Of a stretch of DNA of 64,000 nt, positions 56,124 through 64,000 are shown piece by piece; positions within the stretch are counted from its first letter, which is position 1, and the number at the start of each line of letters is the position of its first letter. Source of the stretch: Octopus vulgaris (taxonomy: Eukaryota). The stretch is taken from contig OX597822.1 in assembly GCA_951406725.2 (NCBI GenBank), positions 27,032,001 through 27,096,000 of the forward strand, read 5' to 3'. The notes below the pieces were generated by a model. The model did no database searches, had not been told where the DNA came from, and was given only the letters and a program-made list of their open reading frames with translations. The position numbers and the translations under genes were made by a program.

Positions 56124-56771
56124 GTAGTTTATATTTATATTTATCTATATTTAGTTATACATATTGTACGTATTGTATCATATTACTCATTGATGAGCAT
56201 TGTTTTGTTCTGTACTATTATGTTTGACCTTGATGTTCATATGTAGTGGGTTAATAAATTATGTGATTGGGTATTATCTGGTAGTTGATTATTGATTAAG
56301 GTGTATTTCTCCATTTTCTTATTTTGTATTATTAATTTGTGGTAAAACATTTTACCTTCGCCCTTATAATACAATAAATGAATTAATTGCATCGCAATTC
56401 TTAACATTTACGTATTAACTTTGTTGGGTGCTTTACTGGCAGTATATTGGATATATGTTATTCCATAGTGGGTTGCCCTCACAACCCCTATCTCAATTTG
56501 TGTATATATATATATATATATATATCTGTGTGTGTATATATATGTATGTATATATGTATGTAGATACATTTATATATGTATGCATATGTATATTTACGTA
56601 TCCATATATATATATATATGGATACGTAAATATACATATACACATATACACACATATATAAATGTATATACATACATATACATTCTTCGTGGAAAATGGC
56701 GATTTTGACGTCTATATCTAGGGTGTTCAGTTTTGGTGGTCAGTCCTCTAAATTTTGAATATATATATACA

Positions 56772-56883
<112 letters not shown>

Positions 56884-57684
56884 GGAGGGCGGCAATACCA
56901 ATTGTGTGCGAAAATATGACCGTGTGCGTATGCATATTCCACCATGCAAAGTATATTATGCTTGGGCAATTTATTTCTTCATTTCCGTACTATCAAAGAC
57001 ACACGGATGTTTTGAATTATTCTCACTTGGCAGACCTGATAATCTAATAATGGTAATCGTACAGGCTTGAGATAAAGGAAGGAGTGAATGAATGAAGAAT
57101 GAGAATCGATTGAAGAAGACCAAGGTGAGATATAGACCCACGCATGCTCATTATATACATATACACGCATACACATGCACAACAACTTGCTTAGATTTGC
57201 TGAAGTCTATTGTGGAAATGATCAGAGAATACGTATATATATAAGTGGAACTGAATGGCTGGAAACTTATACAACAGGCGATCAAAATATACGCTATCGA
57301 ATGAGAGTATTCGTTCAGTCGAATTTATACTCATATTATCTTCTCTGTCTCATGAGCCTTACGAATCATTCTGAGTTTGGTCCAATTCGTTTAAGTAAAA
57401 CACATTTGAGTAATATATATGTGAGCATATATGCTTCTGTATACAAACACACATCTGCTGTGACCCCCTTCTGCCATGACTGACAATGGGATTCCACCTA
57501 AAAAGTTACCCTCCCAGGCAACAAGTCCGGGCAAGGTTGTTTATGGAAGACCAGCAGTCACTCATGCATACCAGCCTCCCCTCTCCACGCCACCGATGTT
57601 ATCCATATATATATTCGTATGTATATATATATATGCATATATATATATAAACACATGCATATATATACATACACACACACACAC

Positions 57685-57732
<48 letters not shown>

Positions 57733-57753
57733 CATACATATATATATACATAG

Positions 57754-57794
<41 letters not shown>

Positions 57795-57837
57795 CACATA
57801 CACACACATATATATATATATATATATACATACACAT

Positions 57838-57882
<45 letters not shown>

Positions 57883-57899
57883 AACATACATATTTTTGA

Positions 57900-58105
57900 A
57901 TTTATGGGAGCAACTGTCTTTGAAGATTCATACTGTCGTTGAATCATATTGTTCGAAATGTGGAGTAGACAGAAATCCGACAACTGATGAAGGGTCCTTT
58001 CTATGTGTTTACTTGTCCAGTTCTCCATTTTTTCTCGTTTATGTATTTAAACTGTTAGTTTAGGCATTTCATGTTGTTTGAACCGATGTTGATATCCGGT
58101 GCCCA
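57900..58105 (+). mobile_element. Putative Penelope-like pLTR fragment (family 1)
   Basis: CTGTCT-TTGAAGA...GAAA...AGACAG, then a second box CTGATGA; flanked by (TA)n. Confidence 0.55.
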
Positions 58106-58114
58106 TATATGCAC

Positions 58115-58174
<60 letters not shown>

Positions 58175-58271
58175 AGAGTTTACGAAAAAAAAAAAGCAAC
58201 AAAAGACGAAGACAGGTGGTGTACTAAACAAACAGATGTATTAGTATAACGCTCAGGAATAGAAAAAAGTA

Positions 58272-58305
58272 TTTTACGTTTCGAGCCTACGCTCTTCTAC
58301 AGAAA
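58272..58305 (-). ncRNA. Minimal hammerhead-like motif (family 3, CUGUAGA)
   Basis: rc: TTT-CTGTAGA-A-GAGC gtag GCTC-GAAA-CG-TA-AAA, within repeat 58170-58350 adjoining (TA)n. Confidence 0.6.
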
Positions 58306-58494
58306 GGGACACAGAAAAAACAAAGAGAGAAACAAGAAGAGAAAAAAAGTGGTGGTTAACGATCTATTGCATTTTTGCGCAAGACAATTTATTTCAAGCT
58401 GCTTCAGTCTACATAGTTGACAAAAATATGTAGTATTTGTATTTCAAAAGGCAAGCCTCATCACATTCTGCATTACACTGAATTTATCTGAGAA

Positions 58495-58855
58495 CAATGT
58501 TAATGGTACGCATGTCTCTGGAGTGTTCTGCTACGTACATGCCAAGTCCACGAGCAGGCTGTTCCGTCGATCGGATCAACTGGAACACTCGTCATCGTAA
58601 CCGACACTGCTTGTGGTTGAGCACTTCACGGACATGCGTACGCTTAACGTTGTTCGCGAGGAGATTCAGCGTGACACAGAATGTGACCAGGCTGGCTCTT
58701 GAAAATACAAGAACTTCTCATTTTCCCAGCTGCGTGGACTGGAGCAATATGAAATGAACAGTACCTATGTTTTGCTCCAGAACATAACGCACAGCAGTTT
58801 ATCGAACTCACGACTTTATGACCGTAACCCGAATACCCCTACCCAGTAAGCCATA
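58495..58855 (-). mobile_element. Probable SINE (fourth family), diverged
   Basis: Shares blocks with 21945-22050 and 34250-34630; tRNA-like head at the right end (rc TGGCTTACTGG...GAGTTCGAT). Confidence 0.55.
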
Positions 58856-58916
58856 TAGCATATATAAAATTACAAAATAAACTACATACACAGCCGCAAG
58901 TAGAAATTGGAAAACG

Positions 58917-58974
<58 letters not shown>

Positions 58975-59869
58975 TACTGATATTTCCGTCTTCTTCCCTA
59001 TGAGTGTGCTTTGGTTTAAACGTCATCTGCTTTAAACCAACTATCAATCCGTCTCATTCTCAGCTTGCAAAATGTCAAAATTAGTGTTTCGTCTACGAAA
59101 CCCTTGGTAGCTGCAATTAACAAGACTTTTAAGAGGTGATAAATACTACCTTCTGGTTTAATACTGTTTCCTTTGACTTCAGTTATCGTTAATAAGCCCA
59201 CTGGTTATTTGTGTCTAATTAGGCACTGTGACTTTATGCATATCACCAGTAGAAGGGTCGCTACTGTATCTACGATTGGCAAGGCCAAGGAAGCAGCAGT
59301 GATTGATTCCCCGCTAGTGATGTAAATAACAAGAGTGCTTATATGCACCACAAAAACATATGAGAGGTTCCCTCATGGTAACTGTCGCAGTATTCTGTTT
59401 CCGAACATAAAATCCACTTTTAAATGGTGATAAATATTACCTTTTGGCATTAAAACAGTTCCTGTCGGATTTATATATATTCACACACACATACACATGC
59501 ACGCATACTTATATATTTTTATTAGCTATAACGTAAGTGGTTGAGATTTAGTACGGAATAATTTACATACATAAGAACGTGTACAGAAGTACAACCTAAA
59601 AAAAGGATTAGATAACAACATGGAAACAGAATCAGACATCTGTTGCTTTCCTGGCAGTGTTGGTATTGATGCCCCCAAGCGGCGTTTCCAAATCCTACGG
59701 ATAAACGATTATATCCTAGATATGCATAACCGAGTCTCCTTGTATGTTACGAGATAGAACTCTCAGCACATAACGCTATTCTATATACTAAACTTCATCT
59801 ATGTTAATGAATACGTTCTTTAGTATTTAAAATATTCCAGAATGTAAATATAAAATGGTAATACATGTG

Positions 59870-60006
<137 letters not shown>

Positions 60007-60119
60007 GTGTATATATATATGTGTGTGTATATATATATGTGTGTGTATATGTATGTATGTATATATATGTATATATATGTATATATATATGTATGTATAT
60101 ATATATGTACATATATAAT

Positions 60120-60600
60120 TATGGCTGACCCATGTGGGACGATGCTACTGTAATTTATAGCTCCAGGAAGACATCTCCAGCTGGCTAATGACACACTGTC
60201 TGTGCCCTGTCATTGTTTGCAAAGAGAAATCATGATTACCATCCCTAGCCTGACGTGATACACATTGGCCCGGGTTTCTAAGTAGTAACCTGTCGCCAGC
60301 GCGTGACAATCACCGGCTAGGAATAAGAAGTGATATTTCCAATGCAAATATATATATACTTTTCCAGTGACAAAAGTCACTGATCTCGAAAAAGGAAAAA
60401 CAATCAATAATAAATCTCCAAACAGTAGCATCACGACATCGTGAAGTATATATATTTGCATTGGAAATATCACTTTTCATCCCTAGCCAGTGATTGTCAC
60501 GCGCTGACGACAGGTTACTACTTAGAAATCCGGGTCAGTGTGTATCACGTCAGGCTAGCGATGGGAACGAAGATTTCCCTTTGCAAATACTGATAAGCAT
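60120..60600. mobile_element. Fold-back element with a hammerhead motif in each arm
   Basis: About 140-bp inverted arms 60216-60357 / 60447-60587; tail towards 60120; adjacent to (TA)n. Confidence 0.75.
60498..60542 (+). ncRNA. Type I hammerhead ribozyme motif, imperfect stems
   Basis: CACGCG-CTGACGA-cAGG ttacta CTTa-GAAA-TCCGGG-TC-AGTGTG; the opposite arm has CTGGCGA and palindromic CCCGGG. Confidence 0.65.
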
Positions 60601-61092
60601 TTGAAGCCCAACCTCATTCGGGACGACCGTCGAGATCCCCAATGGATAAAAACATCATGGAAATTCATGAACTGATCTTGAAAGAATGTCACCGAACAAT
60701 TGACGAACTTGTTGATATGACTGGTGTGTGCTCGAGCTCCTGCTAACGAATTCTAAGCGAAGAATTGCGAATGAAAAAAGTTGCAGCAAAAGTTGTGCCT
60801 CGCTTGTTCACTAAAGATCAAAAGCAGTCACGACTGAATGCGGGTCTTGAACTGAAAGAACAGTTGGAAGTTAATCCGGACCATTTTATCGAAGGCTATC
60901 ATTGGTGGCAAAGGCTGGTGCTACCGAATTTGCAGATGTGGAGGAAGAAGTGCTGAAAAGACCGACGGAGGCGTTAAAAAACATCATTTCGCAAGAGTTC
61001 CAGAACTGCTTCGAACAGAGTAAAACGCCCCTGGACCAATGCATTGCTTCCAGTGGAAACTATTTTGAAGGCGATAAAAATGTAAGCATGTA
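60600..61092 (+). pseudogene. Internally deleted mariner transposase remnant
   Basis: RTIDELVDMTG..., LRMKKVAAKVVPRLFT, then jumps to C-terminal FADVEE...EFQNCFEQ...CIASSGNYFEGD; the catalytic core is missing. Confidence 0.85.
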
Positions 61093-61124
61093 AAAGGAAG
61101 TGTATAAAATAATATTACAAAATT

Positions 61125-61503
61125 GCTGCCCCTCCACAAAAAGCGAAAGAACATGCGTTCCCGCTTGTTCAGCCATGAATCGGGGCAAGGCACGACGGTC
61201 AGGCGATAAGGGATTACAGAGGCGATAAACACCTCTGCAACCTCCGCCCTCCCAGATCTGAGTTAGGAGAGCTACCTTTCTCGCCACCTCGCTCCAATTC
61301 TTCTCTATCTGGAGATCTGGACCGAACCAGACTCCAAGCATTTTCACCGGCCCTTCCGTCCAACGTCCTACGACTCTGTCGGAAGACATGGACTTGCCCA
61401 TCCAGGTGCGGAGTTGCAAGCCGACCTATTTATCCCGGTTGATTTTTGCTCCTGCCACCGCTTCGTAATCCCTTAAGGCCTCACCTACCCGCTGTAGGTG
61501 CCT
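61125..61503 (-). pseudogene. L1/Tx1-like LINE reverse-transcriptase fragment
   Basis: LQRVGEALRDYEAVAGAKINRDK*...GPVKMLGVWFGPDLQIEKNW (RT domains 6-7 and thumb). Confidence 0.8.
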
Positions 61504-61520
61504 AGTCAGAGGAAAAGTGA

Positions 61521-61568
<48 letters not shown>

Positions 61569-62047
61569 AATGGGAGAAAGAGAGAGAGAAAAAGGAGAGA
61601 AAGAGAGAGAAAGGGGAGAAAGAGAGAGAGAGAAAGAGAGAGAGAGAGTAGGAAACAGCAAAAGTGGAATAGAGAGCAGAAGAGAGATGGAGTATTGTAG
61701 GGTGTACTTACAAGTAACAAAGATATTAGCGTAGAACCTGGGTAGAAAAATAGGGTGCGGGTTTGAGTGTTGGTGGTGTGGGGAGTAGTGATACAGTGAG
61801 CAGGTCAGTGATGGCAAGGAAGGGGATTGGAAAACAATCATAATTTATGAAGACGAAATGTGAGGAAGAGAAAAATGCACTTAGAAGAGGAATTGTATTT
61901 CGGTTTCTTAGAGGAGAGTGGGTGAAAAGTTCTTTGTTAGACGTAGGTGGGACACAACTCTTGTAGCACTCAAATTCGTAGACGGGTCTTCTCTAGAACC
62001 TCATCTCGGTCCACTGTCATTTCCTTCGTGAGCCCCAGCATCCTAAG

Positions 62048-62129
<82 letters not shown>

Positions 62130-62255
62130 TACAAACTGGGTCAAGAACGCAAAACATTTAGAAGACGATACAAAAAACACGGACGGGACATTCGAAGCCT
62201 TCAATCTTCAGTCAAGAATCGGATCATTCTCGCAATTTCGGCTGATATATATATA

Positions 62256-62379
62256 CAGGGTGTCCACAAAGTCTGGGTACATGGGGATTAACACATACTT
62301 TAAGAAATTATGATTTCTTATATTTAATTCTATATGTTATGATTTTATTTACTCCATATACCCAGACCTTGTGGACACG

Positions 62380-62382
<3 letters not shown>
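62256..62382. mobile_element. Tc1/mariner-type MITE in TA
   Basis: TIR CAGGGTGTCCACAAAGTCTGGGTA / TACCCAGACCTTGTGGACACGCTG, TA on both sides. Confidence 0.85.
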
Positions 62383-62430
<48 letters not shown>

Positions 62431-62431
<1 letters not shown>

Positions 62432-62884
62432 TATAATTAAGGGCTAAAGAAGGTTATTCTATAGCCAATACACTGATTTATCCACTTATAATCCACTTGT
62501 TATAGGAAAATGTACTTAAATGTAGTTGTGTTTTTAGCTTCTGCTTTTTCCATGATCACATGTGAGTATTTTATTTATGTTCCCTCGTAAGCTCTACTGA
62601 AGAAGAATATATCCTTTATAGGGATTAATTCCGAAATTGATTCAATATAGAGATAACGAAATTTAAATTTTCTAAAGGTTAGTTGCCCGCTTTCAGTTCA
62701 ATTTTCCTGTAACAAGTGGATTATAAGTGGATAAATCAGTGTATTGGCTATAGAATAACCTTCTTTAGCCCTTAATTATAATATGTTTATACTTCAACCG
62801 TAATGGGTTTTTTAATATACTGCCACGCTTTTTGATGGAATCCTATTCTGTAGAGAAAGGGACTTCATCCTATATTGTTAGTAG

Positions 62885-62890
<6 letters not shown>
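62431..62890 (+). mobile_element. Penelope-like pLTR remnant with 5' inverted segment, inserted in (TA)n
   Basis: 81-bp arms 62431-62511 / 62701-62781 with one mismatch; hammerhead between them; unique tail to about 62890. Confidence 0.8.
62592..62652 (+). ncRNA. Type I hammerhead ribozyme motif
   Basis: CTCTA-CTGAAGA-aGAAT..ATCC(T)..(G)GGAT..ATTCc-GAAA-TTGAtTCAA-TA-TAGAG; canonical core, AUA triplet. Confidence 0.85.
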
Positions 62891-62931
<41 letters not shown>

Positions 62932-62936
62932 ACTAG

Positions 62937-62983
<47 letters not shown>

Positions 62984-63648
62984 AAAGAAAGATAAATGAA
63001 TAATGAGAGAGAAACTGAGAGAATGCCATGGCGATAGACAGCCTGTTCGGCAGGCAGCATGCTAGAGTAATCGCCCTGACAGACTGCTAATTGTTTATTT
63101 ATTGGATGGCTATAACAGAAATAAATTAGACATCTCGGTAGTTAATTTTAGTAATTTAATTAATCCTAGCTAGACAGAATATTAGATGTCTGCATCAATA
63201 TTTCCCACAAGTGGGCTGCTTATATTTACGTGCGGACAGTTTAACAAGGTCAATAACAGTGTGCCAACAGCGCCCGTGTTTTAGACGCGAATACTTGTGT
63301 AAGTTTAAATAGATGCTGATGTAATGCTATTACTGTGTTGATATATATTTGGCGCTGACACGACTATTAAACACAAGAGGTATTGGCCGATAGCAAAAAT
63401 ATCATCAACACTTGCCGGTGTGCATCTTTAATTATGAAATCTATTCATGAATGAGATATGCGCGTTTACTAGCTAAGTTATTTTCGTCTATGTAAAATAA
63501 GGACCCATTTTATTCTTTCCATTGAGAATAGAGATCCAGAATTGTAACAACGTAGGATTCAGGAGCCCACAGGTTTTTGCTATTTTGCTGGAAGATCTTA
63601 GAGAATTACAAATCAGATGTTGGTGACTACGAAAAATACTTAGATAGT

Positions 63649-64000
63649 GGATCTTTTCGGTTTGACTGGCAGTTTTTAACATAATTTCTAGGTAACTAAG
63701 CACTTTTAAACTTGGCTTTATTGAGAAAATTCTATGGTTTGTAAGATATTTGTCGTTTTTTTTCTTCAATTCTGCAATTTCAACCAATCACTGACGTCCA
63801 TTGGGGTAAAAAACATTCTGTGCCGTATGAATATGTCCCTCGTTTAAGAAACAGATTGGGTTTATTTACATTTGTGAAGAAAAAAGATACCCTTCCCCCC
63901 ACCCCTAACCCTAACTAACCCTAACCCTAAAACAGATTGAAATGCAATAGATCGATACTAGGGTCATAATTATGGGTGACAATTTCATATGACACTGCTA
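63649..64000. mobile_element. Second copy of the Merlin-like MITE, running off the window end
   Basis: Same TIR and body as 40641-41071 with an about 50-bp internal deletion; (CCCTAA)n at 63902-63930. Confidence 0.92.

Noticed and set aside
59016-59201. 61-aa ORF in non-repetitive sequence
   Set aside because: No recognisable domain or splice support; length is within chance expectation.
62256-62382. Hairpin as another hammerhead fold-back
   Set aside because: Symmetric terminal CAGGGTG TIRs with TA flanks and no core boxes; an ordinary Tc1/mariner MITE.

Overview
AT-rich, microsatellite-dense eukaryotic DNA, apparently intronic or intergenic. The SINE repertoire suggests an octopus or other coleoid cephalopod; this is inferred from recalled repeat families. 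I found no credible host protein-coding gene, and nearly all listed ORFs are translations of (TA)n/(CA)n/(CATA)n/(GAT)n tracts. Recognisable content: a decayed full-length mariner nested in a decayed hAT transposon (1.1-4.9 kb); Tc1, mariner and LINE (R4/Dong-like, L1/Tx1-like, RTE, CR1-like) fragments; at least three tRNA-derived SINE families; several MITEs; and Helitron/Helentron-like non-autonomous elements. The main unexplained signal is a dense set of short non-coding inserts in (TA)n tracts. Many are fold-backs (inverted arms about 40-140 bp) and carry type I hammerhead-ribozyme motifs (stem I-CUGANGA-stem II-GAAA-stem III-UH-stem I'). I count about a dozen complete or near-complete motifs from roughly 9-10 unrelated sequence families, plus several half motifs, including recurrent non-canonical cores (CCGANGA, CUGUNGA). 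The architecture fits pseudo-LTR remnants of Penelope-like retroelements or retrozyme-like elements. Coordinates were read by eye and diffuse repeat boundaries are approximate.
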